This document shows, in pieces, positions 1-10,451 of a DNA stretch of 64,000 nucleotides. Each line of letters starts with the position of its first letter. Positions within the stretch are counted from its first letter, which is position 1. A program made the position numbers and the translations under genes. The notes under the pieces are model-generated. The model was not told the DNA's origin. It did no database searches and saw only the letters and a program-made list of their open reading frames with translations. The stretch is from Candidatus Latescibacterota bacterium (GTDB lineage: Bacteria; Latescibacterota; UBA2968; GCA-2709665). The DNA is taken from NCBI GenBank assembly GCA_965208835.1, contig OZ242358.1, positions 960,001 to 1,024,000 on the forward strand, written 5' to 3'.

Positions 1-3000
1 AGGGCGTCCGTGTAGGACAAGCCCGACGGCAGGCCCGATACCGTCAGGGTCACCTCGTCACCGTCGACGTCGGTCACCTTGAAATCGATCGCGGTGATCG
101 TCTCCCCCTGCTCGTACGTCTTGTCGCCCGGCAACGTTATCTCCGGAAGCCTGTTCGCAGGCGGCGTGCCGGCCGCCGCTGTGACCGTGATCACGAAAGA
201 AGCCGTCACCGCCGCGTTCACGCCGTCACTGGCCGAAACCGTGACGGTGTAGTCCTGCGCGGTTGCGTCGGCGGAGACCGTGCCCTGCAACAGGGCGTCC
301 GTGTAGGACAGTCCGGAGGCCAGGCCCGACACGGTTGTGGTCACCTCGTCACCGTCGACGTCGGTCACCTTGAAGTCGATCGCGGTGATCGTCTCCCCTT
401 GCTCGTACGTCTTGTCACCCGGCACCGTGATCTCCGGAGGGCTGTTCGGCGGCGCCGTGGTCACGGGCTCGGTCACGGTGATCGTGAAGAACCCCGTGAC
501 TGCGGCGTTCACGCCGTCACTGGCGGAGACCGTGACCGTGTAATCCTGCGCCGCCGCATCGGCGGACACCGTGCCTTGCAGGAGCGAGTTCGTGTAGGAC
601 AACCCGGAAGGCAGCCCCGACACGGTTGTGGTCACCTCGTCACCGTCAACGTCGGTGACCTTGAAGTCGATCGCAGCGATGGTCTCGCCCTGCTCGTAGG
701 TCTTGTTTCCCGGTACCGAGATCTCCGGAGGGCTGTTCGCCGGCGGCGTGGTCGCGGGCTCGGTCACGGTGATGGTGAAGGACCCGGTGACTGCCGCGTT
801 CACGCCGTCATTGGCCGAGACCGTGACGGTGTAGTCCTGGGCCGTTGCGCCGGCGGAGACCGTGCCCTGCACCAGGGAGTTCGTGTAGGACAGCCCGGAT
901 GGCAGCCCGGACACCGTTGTGGTCACCTCGTCACCGTCTTCATCGGTCACCTTGAAGTCGATCGCGGTGATCGTCTCTCCCTGCTCGTACGTCTTGTCGC
1001 CCGGCACCGTGATCACCGGAGGCCTGTTCGCAGGCGGCGTGCTGGCCGACGCTGTGACCGTGATGGTGAAGGACCCGGTGACTGCCGCGTTCACGCCGTC
1101 ATTGGCCGAAACCGCGACGGTGTAGTCCTGCGCGGTTGCGCTGGAGGAGACCGTGCCCTGCACCAGTGAGTTCGTGTAGGCCAGCCCGGAGGGCAGCCCG
1201 GACACCGTTGTGGTCACCTCGTCACCGTCTTCATCGGTGACCTTGAAGTCGATCGCGGTGATCGTCTCTCCCTGCTCGTACGTCTTGTCGCCCGGCACCG
1301 TGATCACCGGAGGCCTGTTCGCAGGCGGCGTGCTGGCCGACGCTGTGACCGTGATGGTGAAGGACCCGGTGACTGCCGCGTTCACGCCGTCGTCGGCGGA
1401 GACCGTGACGGTGTAGTCCTGGGCCGCCGCGCTGGCGGACACGGTACCCTGCACGATGCCGCTGGTGTAAGACAACCCGGACGGCAGGCCAGACATTGTC
1501 AGCCTCACCGGGTCGCCGTCCGCGTCGCTCACAGTGGGCCAGAAAGCCTTGATCGTCTCTCCCCGCTCATACGTCTTGTCGCCCGGGACCGAGATCTGCG
1601 GCGGACTGTTCGCCGGCGGCGTGGTCGCGGGCTCGGTCACGGTGATGGTGAAGGACCCCGTCACGGCGGCGTTCACGCCGTCATTGGCCGAAACGGTGAC
1701 GGTGTAGTCCTGGGCGGTTGCGCTGGCGGAGACCGTGCCCTGCAGGAGAGAGTTCGTGTAGGACAGCCCGGATGGCAGCCCCGACACGGTTGTGGTGACC
1801 TCGTCACCGTCAACGTCGGTGACCTTGAAGTCGATCGCGGTGATCGTCTGGCCCTGCTCGTACGTCTTGTCGCCCGGCACGGTTATCTCCGGCGCCGAGT
1901 TCGGCACCGTAACCGTGATGGTGAAGGTCCCCGTCACGGCGGCGTTCACGCCGTCGTCGGCGGAGACCGTGACGGTGTAGTCCTGCGCCGCCGCGCTGGC
2001 GGAGACCGTGCCCTGCACCAGGGAGTTCGTGTAGGACAGCCCGGATGTTGTGGTGACCTCGTCACCGTCTTCATCGGTCACCTTGAAGTCGATCGCGGTG
2101 ATCGTCTGGCCCTGTTCGTACGTCTTGTCGCCCGGCACCGAAATCTGCGGAGGGCTATTCGCCGGCGGCGTGGTCGCGGGCTCGGTCACGGTGATGGTGA
2201 AGGACCCGGTGACTGCCGCGTTCACGCCGTCATTGGCCGAGACCGTGACGGTGTAATCCTGCGCCGTCGCGCTGACGGAGACCGTGCCCTGCACCCGGGA
2301 ATTCGTGTAGGACAGTCCTGAGGGCAACCCGGACACCGTTGTGGTCACCTCGTCACCGTCAACGTCGGTGACCTTGAAGTCGATCGCGGTGATCGTCTGG
2401 CCCTGCTCGTACGTCTTGTCGCCCGGCACGATTATCTCCGGCGCCGAGTTCGGCACCGTAACCGTGATGGTGAAGGACCCCGTTACGGCCGCGTTCACGC
2501 CGTCATCGGCGGAGACCGTGACGGTGTAGTCCTGCGCCGTCGCGCTGACGGAGACCGTGCCCTGCACCAGGGAGTTCGTGTAGGACAGTCCTGAGGGCAA
2601 CCCGGACACCGTTGTGGTCACCTCGTCACCGTCAACGTCGGTGACCTTGAAATCGATCGCAGTGATGGTCTCTCCCTGCTCGTACGTCTTGTCGCCCGGC
2701 ACCGAGATCTGCGGAGGGCTGTTCGCCGGCGGCGTGGTCGCGGGCTCGGTCACGGTGATGGTGAAGGACCCCGTCACGGCGGCGTTCACGCCGTCATTGG
2801 CCGAAACCGAGACGGTGTAGTCCTGCGCCGTCGCGCTGACGGAGACCGTGCCCTGCACCAGTGAGTTCGTGTAGGACAGCCCGGAGGGCAGCCCGGACAC
2901 CGTTGTGGTGACCTCGTCACCGTCTTCATCGGTGACCTTGAAATCGATCGCGGTGATCGTCTGGCCCTGCTCGTACGTCTTATTGCCCGGCACCGAAATC

Positions 3001-3580
3001 TGCGGAGGGCTGTTCGCCGGCGGCGTGGTCGCGGGCTCGGTCACGGTGATGGTGAAGGACCCCGTGACCGTCGCGTTCACCCCGTCGCTGGCCGAGACCG
3101 TGACGGTGTAGTCCTGCGCGGTTGCGCTGACGGAGACCGTGCCCTGCACTAGGGAGTTCGTGTAGGACAGCCCGGAGGGCAGCCCGGACACCGTTGTGGT
3201 GACCTCGTCACCGTCGAGGTCGGTGACCTTGAAGTCGATCGCGGTGATCGTCTCACCCTGCTCATACGTCTGGTTGCCCGGGATGGTTATCTCCGGCGCC
3301 GAGTTGGGCACCGTCACCGTGATGGTGAAGGTCCCAGTGACTGCGGCGTTCACGCCGTCATTGGCCGAAACCGAGACGGTGTAGTCCTGCGCCGTTGCGC
3401 TGGCGGAGACCGTGCCCTGCAGGAGGGAGTTCGTGTAGGACAAACCCGACGGCAGGCCCGACACCGTTGTGGTCACCTCGTCACCGTCGAGGTCGGTGAC
3501 CTTGAAGTCGATCGCGGTGATCGTCTGGCCCTGTTCGTATGTCTTGTCGCCCGGGACCGAGATCTCCGGCGGACTGTTCG
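1..3580 (-). repeat. About 13 tandem coding repeats of 291 or 273 bp (one of 258 bp)
   Basis: Equivalent positions recur at about 46, 337, 628, 919, 1210, 1501, 1792, 2050, 2341, 2614, 2905, 3196 and 3469. Confidence 0.92.
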
Positions 3581-3728
3581 CGGCCGCGCTGGTGGGAAGC
3601 GTCAACAGCATGACAGCTCCGAACAGGCACGCCAACACCCTGGCCCTGGAACGGCAAACCCGGGAGCGCTTCCGTATTGTTAACTGGTCTGAAAATTCCA
3701 AGAGACTTGCTGAACATCCAACGTGCAT
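1..3728 (-). CDS. Giant secreted/surface protein with tandem putative Ig-like (He_PIG/cadherin-like) repeats; 3' end outside window
   Basis: Manual translation from ATG 3728 (GGAG upstream): MHVGCS...RARVLACLFGAVMLLTLPTSAAA (signal-like), then repeats NSPPEISVPGDKTYEQGQTITAIDFKVTDxDGDEVTTTVSGLPSGLSYTNSLVQGTVSASATAQDYTVTVSANDGVNAAVTGSFTITVT. Same frame still reads DEVTLTVSGLPSGLSYTDAL at position 59-1. Absent from the ORF track because no stop lies in the window. Confidence 0.9.
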   Translation of the reverse strand, partial: MHVGCSASLLEFSDQLTIRKRSRVCRSRARVLACLFGAVMLLTLPTSAAANSPPEISVPGDKTYEQGQTITAIDFKVTDLDGDEVTTTVSGLPSGLSYTNSLLQGTVSASATAQDYTVSVSANDGVNAAVTGTFTITVTVPNSAPEITIPGNQTYEQGETITAIDFKVTDLDGDEVTTTVSGLPSGLSYTNSLVQGTVSVSATAQDYTVTVSASDGVNATVTGSFTITVTEPATTPPANSPPQISVPGNKTYEQGQTITAIDFKVTDEDGDEVTTTVSGLPSGLSYTNSLVQGTVSVSATAQDYTVSVSANDGVNAAVTGSFTITVTEPATTPPANSPPQISVPGDKTYEQGETITAIDFKVTDVDGDEVTTTVSGLPSGLSYTNSLVQGTVSVSATAQDYTVTVSADDGVNAAVTGSFTITVTVPNSAPEIIVPGDKTYEQGQTITAIDFKVTDVDGDEVTTTVSGLPSGLSYTNSRVQGTVSVSATAQDYTVTVSANDGVNAAVTGSFTITVTEPATTPPANSPPQISVPGDKTYEQGQTITAIDFKVTDEDGDEVTTTSGLSYTNSLVQGTVSASAAAQDYTVTVSADDGVNAAVTGTFTITVTVPNSAPEITVPGDKTYEQGQTITAIDFKVTDVDGDEVTTTVSGLPSGLSYTNSLLQGTVSASATAQDYTVTVSANDGVNAAVTGSFTITVTEPATTPPANSPPQISVPGDKTYERGETIKAFWPTVSDADGDPVRLTMSGLPSGLSYTSGIVQGTVSASAAAQDYTVTVSADDGVNAAVTGSFTITVTASASTPPANRPPVITVPGDKTYEQGETITAIDFKVTDEDGDEVTTTVSGLPSGLAYTNSLVQGTVSSSATAQDYTVAVSANDGVNAAVTGSFTITVTASASTPPANRPPVITVPGDKTYEQGETITAIDFKVTDEDGDEVTTTVSGLPSGLSYTNSLVQGTVSAGATAQDYTVTVSANDGVNAAVTGSFTITVTEPATTPPANSPPEISVPGNKTYEQGETIAAIDFKVTDVDGDEVTTTVSGLPSGLSYTNSLLQGTVSADAAAQDYTVTVSASDGVNAAVTGFFTITVTEPVTTAPPNSPPEITVPGDKTYEQGETITAIDFKVTDVDGDEVTTTVSGLASGLSYTDALLQGTVSADATAQDYTVTVSASDGVNAAVTASFVITVTAAAGTPPANRLPEITLPGDKTYEQGETITAIDFKVTDVDGDEVTLTVSGLPSGLSYTDA

Positions 3729-3799
3729 CGGCCCACTCCGTTTGGCAATGGATGATTGCAGCCCGCGAGGGCCGGCGGATTTATCGTTCCGTCATCGCA

Positions 3800-3816
3800 A
3801 GCACAAGCCGTGCCAA
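3800..3816 (-). promoter_or_regulatory. Sigma-54 (-24/-12) promoter of the Ig-repeat gene
   Basis: Minus strand TTGGCACGGCTTGTGCT has GG and GC at canonical spacing, about 70 nt upstream of the ATG. Confidence 0.7.
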
Positions 3817-3894
3817 AGCCGTCGGATATTCTCAAGTCTCTTTAAACAAGGAACTTATGAACATTTCTTCGCAGAGCAGCCAGGAGTCGATATC

Positions 3895-4022
3895 GTTTCA
3901 AAATGGAACGAAGGCGCAGCGATTACGCCAGTCGTAGTCCGCACAAGATAAATAAATACAGTTAGTTATACAGAAATCCATCTGGCCCCACACAAATCGA
4001 AACACGAGTCTCAATTTGAGAC
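3895..4022. promoter_or_regulatory. Candidate enhancer (UAS) sites for a sigma-54 activator
   Basis: Palindrome GTCTCA-ATT-TGAGAC (4008-4022) and similar GTTTCA-AAA-TGGAAC (3895-3909), 80-200 nt upstream of the -24 box. Confidence 0.45.
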
Positions 4023-4409
4023 AAACAACAACCGGAAGAATGAACCCTGACAGAAAGCAGGACAACCAGACCGGTCACTCGAGTGCGTGCCCGGCCGGCC
4101 CGGGAACGTGAACATGATATCGCCTCCCTGTTCTCGCGAGTTGCGATCCCCACGGCACGGAGTTTCAGGTCCAAAAGCGTGGCTTTTCTTGTAACAGGTG
4201 AATACACAATGCTGTCTTCTCAGTTCAGGCCCATCGAGACGGGATTCGCCAGGTCCCTGACGAACGACCCGGCGCCGATCCAGAACGTATATATTAAATA
4301 AGTTATGTCTATTCGAAAAACGAGAAAAAGGGATCAAAATGACATATTGTTTATAGTATGTATATGAATCGACCATCAATCCGGCGGCGCACATGATTGA
4401 CAGCACCTG

Positions 4410-4472
4410 ATTCTCTTCAAGATAAAGCCCGGTGCAATCTCTGATTGCACCGGGCTTTATCTTGAAGAGAAT
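4410..4472. terminator. Perfect 30-bp inverted repeat (3-nt loop); probable terminator or palindromic element
   Basis: ATTCTCTTCAAGATAAAGCCCGGTGCAATC-TCT-GATTGCACCGGGCTTTATCTTGAAGAGAAT, 50 nt downstream of the minus-strand operon. Confidence 0.6.
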
Positions 4473-4522
4473 GGCCGGACGACGCTTACATCCTCTCCCT
4501 TTCGGAATCGAGCCGGATCAGG

Positions 4523-4693
4523 TCAGGTCGGTGGTCCGGTTGCCTGAAGGAAGATCCACAGGACTCTCCATTTATGTTCCCTGCAGGGAGGAAATCGTTG
4601 TCCTTTTCGGACTACGATTCGATCCTTGCAGGGGCATAGGCCAAAGGCCCGGTAGGTCCCGGCGGTCTGACAGGTTTGTCCGGTTTTTGGCAT
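4523..4693 (-). CDS. YjzC-like small Cys-rich (putative zinc-ribbon) protein, copy 1 (56 aa)
   Basis: MPKTGQTCQTAGTYRAFGLCPCKDRIVVRKGQRFPPCREHKWRVLWIFLQATGPPT. KTG..GxY..GxxFPPC..W pattern; paralog of the same length at 10452-10622. Confidence 0.75.
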   Translation of the reverse strand: MPKTGQTCQTAGTYRAFGLCPCKDRIVVRKGQRFPPCREHKWRVLWIFLQATGPPT

Positions 4694-4719
4694 CTCTATG
4701 TTCTTAATTCTGTACTGGT

Positions 4720-6615
4720 TCAACCACGGTCAATCAGGTTGTATTTCTTCAATTTCCGGTATAGCGTTGCGCGACCGAGACCGAGGGCTCGCGCCGCTTC
4801 GGTTACGTTGTTGTCCGACGCCTCGAGGGCGTTGACCAGCGCCTGCCGCTCGACTTCCGCCAGAGGGAGGACTGACGCCGGCGCCGCGCCGCCCTTTCCG
4901 GAATCTACAATTGGCGAGAGTTGCGGCGGCAGGTTATTCACCTGCAGAACGTCGGTTGTCTCCAGCAATACGGCGCGCTCGATGGCGTTCTCGAGTTCGC
5001 GAACGTTGCCCGGCCAATTGTACTGCAACAACAGGCGCAGCGCGGCAGTGGAAATACCACTGATGGATTTACCGTTGCTTTTCGTGTGCTTTTCGAGGAA
5101 GTGTTTCGCCAATAACGGGATATCTTCGCGGCGCTCCCGCAGCGGGGGAATCGCGATCGGGAAGACGGAAACGCGATAGAACAGGTCTTCCCGGAACCTG
5201 CCTGTCTTAACCGCATCCTCCAGGTCCTTGTTGGTGGCAGCGACCAGCCGGATGTCTACAGGGATCGGAGTCGTTGTTCCGACGCGCTGTATCTCCCGCT
5301 CCTGCAGGACGCGCAGCAATTTGGCCTGCAGGGCCAGGTCCATGTCTCCGATCTCGTCGAGGAAGACCGTTCCCCCCATCGCTCGTTCAAAGACACCGAT
5401 CCTCCGCCTCGTCGCCCCGGTAAAGGCGCCCTCTTCGTGTCCGAACAATTCACTTTCGATAAGGGCCTCCGGAATGGCGGCACAATTGACGGCCTGGAAC
5501 GCCCCCCCTTTCCTCAAGCTGTTGAAGTGAAAGGACTTGGCGACGAGTTCCTTACCGGTTCCGCTTTCGCCCTGAATAAGCACGGTGATATCGCTCTCGG
5601 CAGCCTGCTTCACCAGCGCGTATACCTGCTGCATCGGAGGGCTGGAGCCGACCATGCCTGAGAAGGAATACGTCGTCTTGAGTTCGGTGCGCAAACGAAG
5701 GACTTCGGCCTTCATTCGCTCCACCTGGATCTCTCTGGACACGTCGCGGTAAACGTAAAGATCGCCGATGATGTCCCCCTCGACGTCACTCACCGGGGCC
5801 ACGGACCGATAGAACAGGCGCTCGCTGGGCAAGTTGCCCGACTTGGCCCTTTCCACGATCTTACCCTTGCTTCCGAAGATGAACCTCCCCTCCATATCAG
5901 TCAGATCGGGTTCGCGGAATCTCTCATCGAACCGCTCGCTGAAGGCTTGTGGAGACATCTTCCTCAATTCGCTCTTCGTGACGTCCAGGACCCTTTCGTA
6001 CCGGCGATTGGCGAACACCAGGTTTCCGGTGACGTCGTACATGGCCAGGGCGTCACCGGTTGAATCGAGCACAGCTTCGAGGCGGTCATGACTGGTGGTC
6101 AGCTGCCGTCGTTTTTGCTCCAATTCCTGTTCTACATTCCACTTTCCGACCAGTGAAAGCGTTATCTGCTGGATTTCCTCGCGGGCAAAGGGCTTTCGGA
6201 TATAGAGAACCTTATGGAGCAACTCCATATCCTCGATAATTTCCACCAGCGTCTTGTCCGTGTAGGCCGTCATGATGACAACCTCAAGGTCGCGGTCGAC
6301 TTTTCTTACGCGGCGGATCGTCTGGATCCCGTCAATCCCCGGCGGCATTCTGATGTCCACGAATGCGACGGCAATCGGTCGGCCGGCATCCTTCTCCGCC
6401 TCAACAACCTCACAGGCCTCCTCACCGCTGTTCACGTGCAGAAGCTCGAATTCAGGAAGAAACGACTCGTTCTTTTGCTGCGTGAACGCTGACGCCAGCT
6501 CATCCGTAACGGTTTCCACGAATCGGGGTTTCAACATTTCCGCAAAGTCGTCGTGAATTTCCTTCTGGTCATCCACAATCAACACGCGACGATTCCTGAG
6601 ATTACTGAAATCCAT
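4720..6615 (-). CDS. Sigma-54-dependent response regulator (REC-PAS-AAA+-Fis HTH)
   Basis: VLIVDD...FVDIRMPPG receiver, PAS-like segment, GESGTGKE Walker [30 protein letters not shown]. Confidence 0.95.
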   Translation of the reverse strand: MDFSNLRNRRVLIVDDQKEIHDDFAEMLKPRFVETVTDELASAFTQQKNESFLPEFELLHVNSGEEACEVVEAEKDAGRPIAVAFVDIRMPPGIDGIQTIRRVRKVDRDLEVVIMTAYTDKTLVEIIEDMELLHKVLYIRKPFAREEIQQITLSLVGKWNVEQELEQKRRQLTTSHDRLEAVLDSTGDALAMYDVTGNLVFANRRYERVLDVTKSELRKMSPQAFSERFDERFREPDLTDMEGRFIFGSKGKIVERAKSGNLPSERLFYRSVAPVSDVEGDIIGDLYVYRDVSREIQVERMKAEVLRLRTELKTTYSFSGMVGSSPPMQQVYALVKQAAESDITVLIQGESGTGKELVAKSFHFNSLRKGGAFQAVNCAAIPEALIESELFGHEEGAFTGATRRRIGVFERAMGGTVFLDEIGDMDLALQAKLLRVLQEREIQRVGTTTPIPVDIRLVAATNKDLEDAVKTGRFREDLFYRVSVFPIAIPPLRERREDIPLLAKHFLEKHTKSNGKSISGISTAALRLLLQYNWPGNVRELENAIERAVLLETTDVLQVNNLPPQLSPIVDSGKGGAAPASVLPLAEVERQALVNALEASDNNVTEAARALGLGRATLYRKLKKYNLIDRG

Positions 6616-6737
6616 CGAATACCTCTGTAATTATCGTCCTGCGTTGCGTATCGTTCGGCCGCGGCAGCAGTTCCTGGTTACGGCGGCGACGCAACGTCTG
6701 CCGTGGTGTCCCATCACACGTGACTACCGGCGGTGAC

Positions 6738-9700
6738 TCAAGAAAGCGAATCTCCCTCATCAGCCTCTGACTTGGGCATCAACGAGGAGAGCCGCAGCTT
6801 GACACGCATTGTGGTACCCTTGCCGTTACCGGCACTTATCGGGTTAATCTGCCCGCCGGAACCGATTATGAAATTCGCGATGGAGTGAAGACCCAGCCCG
6901 CTCCCCACCTCTTTCGTCGTGTATCCTGCCGCGAAGATGATCTTCAGTCGCTTTTCTTCTATGCCGATGCCGTTGTCAATCACATCGATGACAAGGTAAT
7001 CGTCCTGAATGTAGGACCGGATATGAATGCGGGGTTTCGCCTGGAGTCCGCCCGTTCTCTCGAGTTCGTCGATGGCTTCAATGGCGTTCTTGACGAGATT
7101 GACCAGCATCTGATGAAACTTGCTCTCCTGGATTCGAATCTCGTCCGGCGCATTCCCGCAGTCGACTTCGACCTGAACGCTTCTCTTATTGAGTGAGTCC
7201 TGTAGCAACGTGGTGGCGTCCGAGATGGCCTTGAGAAGGTCGACGTCTTTGCGCGCGAGGGCTCCCGTATCGAGTGCGCGTTGGGTTCGGATGATATCGA
7301 CGATATGCGCAGCACGGCTTTCTACACGTCCGACCGTCTGAACGAGCTGTTCATTCTGCGTGGCAAAGTCCCGGGCGAGGCCGAGAATGAACGGGAACAC
7401 CTTCTGACCCTGCGGGTCTGATTTCAAATAAGAGATCCAGTCGTCCCGATGTTCCTCTATCGCCGCCGCAAGCGCAGATATGCGATGAACGAGCTCGTTT
7501 CCCGACAACTCCCCTTGAATCGTCCCCAGACCTGTGGCGACGCTATTGATGGCGTTTCCGATGTTGTGGAGGATCGTATCCACAATTTCCAGCCTTCCCT
7601 GCGCGAACGCCTGAGAAAGGGCTTCTTCCGCGAGTATGCGCTCGGTGACGTCCCTGAATACGATCACGCCGCCCTTGGCGATACCCGACTCGTCGTGAAG
7701 GGGTCTCCCGCTGACGCTGATGTAGACGCCTTCCGGCACGCTCGGATTGCGGATGAACATCTCCACCTCATCGCATGGTTCGCCCTGGATGGCGCGGACG
7801 AGCGGAAGTTCGTCCATCGGATAGGGAGTCTCCCTGTCGGAAAAGAAAATACCGTACTGGTCCGTCCATTGATCGGGGGCCGTTTCCGTCATGCCGATTC
7901 CGACCATCCGCTCCGCACTTGGATTGAAGATCGTGAAGTTCCCGTTTTCGTCGGCCACGACCACGCCGTCGCTGATGCTGTTGAATATCGTTTCCATCGC
8001 CTGGGTCTGCGTCCGCAGATTTTCGGCCGTTTTCTGGAGATCGCTCTCCGCCGTCTTCAGCCTGGTTACATCCCGCAAGGTAATCACGCCGCCCCTGATC
8101 CTGTGTGAATCGTCCCGCAGGGGTCTCCCGTTTACGCTGATGTATACACCGTCCGGCCTTTCCCTGTTGCGGACGAACAGTTCGACGTTGTCCGTTGACT
8201 CGCCCTGAACCGCGCGGGTGAGCGGTAGCTTTTCCGTTGGAAACAGCGTTTCCGAGTCCGGATGGAAGAGGCCATATATGTGGGACCGTCTCGAAAAGTC
8301 GGCGTCCGGAATCTGCAATCCGAGGATGTTTCTCGCGCCCGGACTGAAAATCAGGTAGTCTCCCGCCTCGTCGACGACGATGACACCGTCGCTGATGCTG
8401 TTGAAGACCGTTTCCATGAGATGGGTCTGCTCCTGAAGGTCGCGGACGGTTGTCTTCAGCTTCGACTCGGTCGACTTCTGAACGGTGACGTCCCGCAGTA
8501 CGATGACGCCGCCCTCGATCTCGCCGGAATCGTCCTGAAGCGGGCGGCCGCTTACGCTGATGTATACACCGTCCGGTCTTTCCTGATTGCGGATGAACAA
8601 CTCGACGTCATCGGTTACTTCGCCATGCATGGCGCGGACGAGCGGAAGTTCGTCGGATGGAACGGGTGTTTTCTGATCCGGATAGAACGTTCCGTATTCC
8701 TTTGACCATTGATCGGTCGGGCTATCCGTCGGTCCCATGCCCACGATTTCTCTCGCGCTGGGATTGACGAAGAGGAACTCTCCTTCCTTGCCTGTCACCA
8801 CGATACCGTCGCTGACGCTTCTGAAAACCGTTTCCATGAGCAGGGCCTGCCTCTTCAGCTCGCTGATGGTTTCCAACAGTTTTGCTTCCTGCTCTTTGTG
8901 CCTTGTTATGTCGCTGAAAACGACCACAGCAGCTTTGACTTTTCCACCGGTACCGTTGGCGCCCCGTATAAACCGTCCCCTGGCGCTGACGTAGGTACCT
9001 CCCGGCTTTTTATCGTTGCGCACGAAGTATTCGAGATCGTCCGTATTTTCTCCCTTCAGAGCGCGTACAAGGGGCAGTTGTTCAGTTGGAACGGGAGTTT
9101 CCATATCGAGATAAAACGCGCCGTATGTGTCGGACCATTCATCGGGCGTTGCATCCATCTGACCCTTGCCGAGAATGCGCTCCGCACTGGGGTTGAACAG
9201 GAGCAGTTTACCCTCCGCATCGGCGACCACCACGCCCTCATCCATATTGTCGAAGACGGTTTTCATGAGCTGGCTCCGGTCGTGCAGTTCGGAGACCGTC
9301 TGTTCCAGACGGGCTTCGGTTTCAGTGATCTGTTCCAGGGCGCTCTCCAGTTGTTGCCGCTCGCTTTCGAGCTGTTCGTTGTTGGCCAGGAGGTGGTCAT
9401 ACAGACGTTGGCTGGAAAATTCGTGGCCCCACGCTATGATTGAAACGAAGACAAACCCGACGAGGAACCTGATAACTTGCTCGGTTTCGTAGGCGAACGT
9501 GCCGGCCAGCCCCGGCGCCAGCAACAACACGGCCGCTACCAGAGAGAAGAAACCTGTCAGAATTCCGCCTTCGCGTCTGCCAAGGAAAAAGAAAAACAGC
9601 AAGGGCATCAGGATGTGAAAATAGAGGAAGTTATGTGTGAAAGCGGAAAGCCAAAGCAGCCCGATCCCGACTCCCAACAGGACGACGCGATAGGATTTTC

Positions 9701-9896
9701 GAGCTTCCGCGCCCAGCAGGAGTCCGGCCAGGCCGCCAGCCACGAGCAACGTTATGACACTGTGGGTCCACATCGCCAGTAACTCACCGCTCAGGTAGTT
9801 GCGAACTGTATAGCCGACAAGGACCATCAAACCGACCGTGCAGGCGACAACGAAAACCTGTTTCCTGTGTCGGGCTTGCGCGTTCCTGGAATCCAT
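6738..9896 (-). CDS. Membrane sensor histidine kinase with four tandem PAS domains
   Basis: N-terminal TM helices; four repeats (METVFNSISDGVVV..FNPSAER..ELPLVRA..G..ISVSGRPL..GGVIV.RDVT); H-box ILHNIGN; NLVKNA, DNGIG, GSGLGL boxes. Start placed at ATG 9896 after GGAGG. Confidence 0.93.
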   Translation of the reverse strand: MDSRNAQARHRKQVFVVACTVGLMVLVGYTVRNYLSGELLAMWTHSVITLLVAGGLAGLLLGAEARKSYRVVLLGVGIGLLWLSAFTHNFLYFHILMPLLFFFFLGRREGGILTGFFSLVAAVLLLAPGLAGTFAYETEQVIRFLVGFVFVSIIAWGHEFSSQRLYDHLLANNEQLESERQQLESALEQITETEARLEQTVSELHDRSQLMKTVFDNMDEGVVVADAEGKLLLFNPSAERILGKGQMDATPDEWSDTYGAFYLDMETPVPTEQLPLVRALKGENTDDLEYFVRNDKKPGGTYVSARGRFIRGANGTGGKVKAAVVVFSDITRHKEQEAKLLETISELKRQALLMETVFRSVSDGIVVTGKEGEFLFVNPSAREIVGMGPTDSPTDQWSKEYGTFYPDQKTPVPSDELPLVRAMHGEVTDDVELFIRNQERPDGVYISVSGRPLQDDSGEIEGGVIVLRDVTVQKSTESKLKTTVRDLQEQTHLMETVFNSISDGVIVVDEAGDYLIFSPGARNILGLQIPDADFSRRSHIYGLFHPDSETLFPTEKLPLTRAVQGESTDNVELFVRNRERPDGVYISVNGRPLRDDSHRIRGGVITLRDVTRLKTAESDLQKTAENLRTQTQAMETIFNSISDGVVVADENGNFTIFNPSAERMVGIGMTETAPDQWTDQYGIFFSDRETPYPMDELPLVRAIQGEPCDEVEMFIRNPSVPEGVYISVSGRPLHDESGIAKGGVIVFRDVTERILAEEALSQAFAQGRLEIVDTILHNIGNAINSVATGLGTIQGELSGNELVHRISALAAAIEEHRDDWISYLKSDPQGQKVFPFILGLARDFATQNEQLVQTVGRVESRAAHIVDIIRTQRALDTGALARKDVDLLKAISDATTLLQDSLNKRSVQVEVDCGNAPDEIRIQESKFHQMLVNLVKNAIEAIDELERTGGLQAKPRIHIRSYIQDDYLVIDVIDNGIGIEEKRLKIIFAAGYTTKEVGSGLGLHSIANFIIGSGGQINPISAGNGKGTTMRVKLRLSSLMPKSEADEGDSLS

Positions 9897-10091
9897 TTTC
9901 AACTTCCTCCGCGGTCCGGCTTGCGCGGGACCATAGTCCTGTTTCCTGAATCTCCCGCCAGTTGGCAAACTGTCTCCGGGACAGCACCCCGGATCTCATG
10001 AAACCGGTATTTCCGGTCGATCCCCATCCAGCGGGTTTCACGACGGCTTGGTTGGAGACTTCCACGAGTCGTTCAATTGCAAGGTGATAAC

Positions 10092-10159
10092 TTAACGATT
10101 CTTTGTCGAATTATTGTTGAATTATTGAACCTTTCTGATGATTTATTGATGAATTTTGG
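10092..10159 (-). promoter_or_regulatory. AT-rich array of phased ~11-bp direct repeats upstream of the kinase (copy 1)
   Basis: Minus strand TCATCAATAAA TCATCAGAAAG GTTCAATAAT TCAACAATAAT TCGACAAAGAA TCGTTAA; homologous to 11221-11289. Confidence 0.55.
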
Positions 10160-10451
10160 CCGAATCTGCACCGCCGGGGCCCAAACCTGCGAAATACAGG
10201 TTGAAACAGCCTCAGGAGATCGACGGCTTCGCCAATACAAGGTGAAGAGGCAGGAGTGCGGGAGCACGGGGTGGAGCGCACGTAACTGACCGGCGGAATC
10301 AAGAAAGATGACAGGCTGCCTGGCGGCCTTTCCATATCGCACGACGGGTGCGGTGGATCAAGGGTCCTGCTGAATGGAGGTGAGGACAGGTGGGTGGGAT
10401 AAGACGATGAGGGTCCCGTGACGGTGCGCCGGCGTATGCCGCCGGATCAAG

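Noticed and set aside
1-3580. Regular repeats as a CRISPR array
   Set aside because: Units are 258-291 bp, in frame and coding, with no unique spacers and no cas genes.
337-3951. Series of plus-strand MVTSSPS.. ORFs and the 256-aa ORF 399-1169
   Set aside because: Antisense shadows of the minus-strand Ig-repeat gene.
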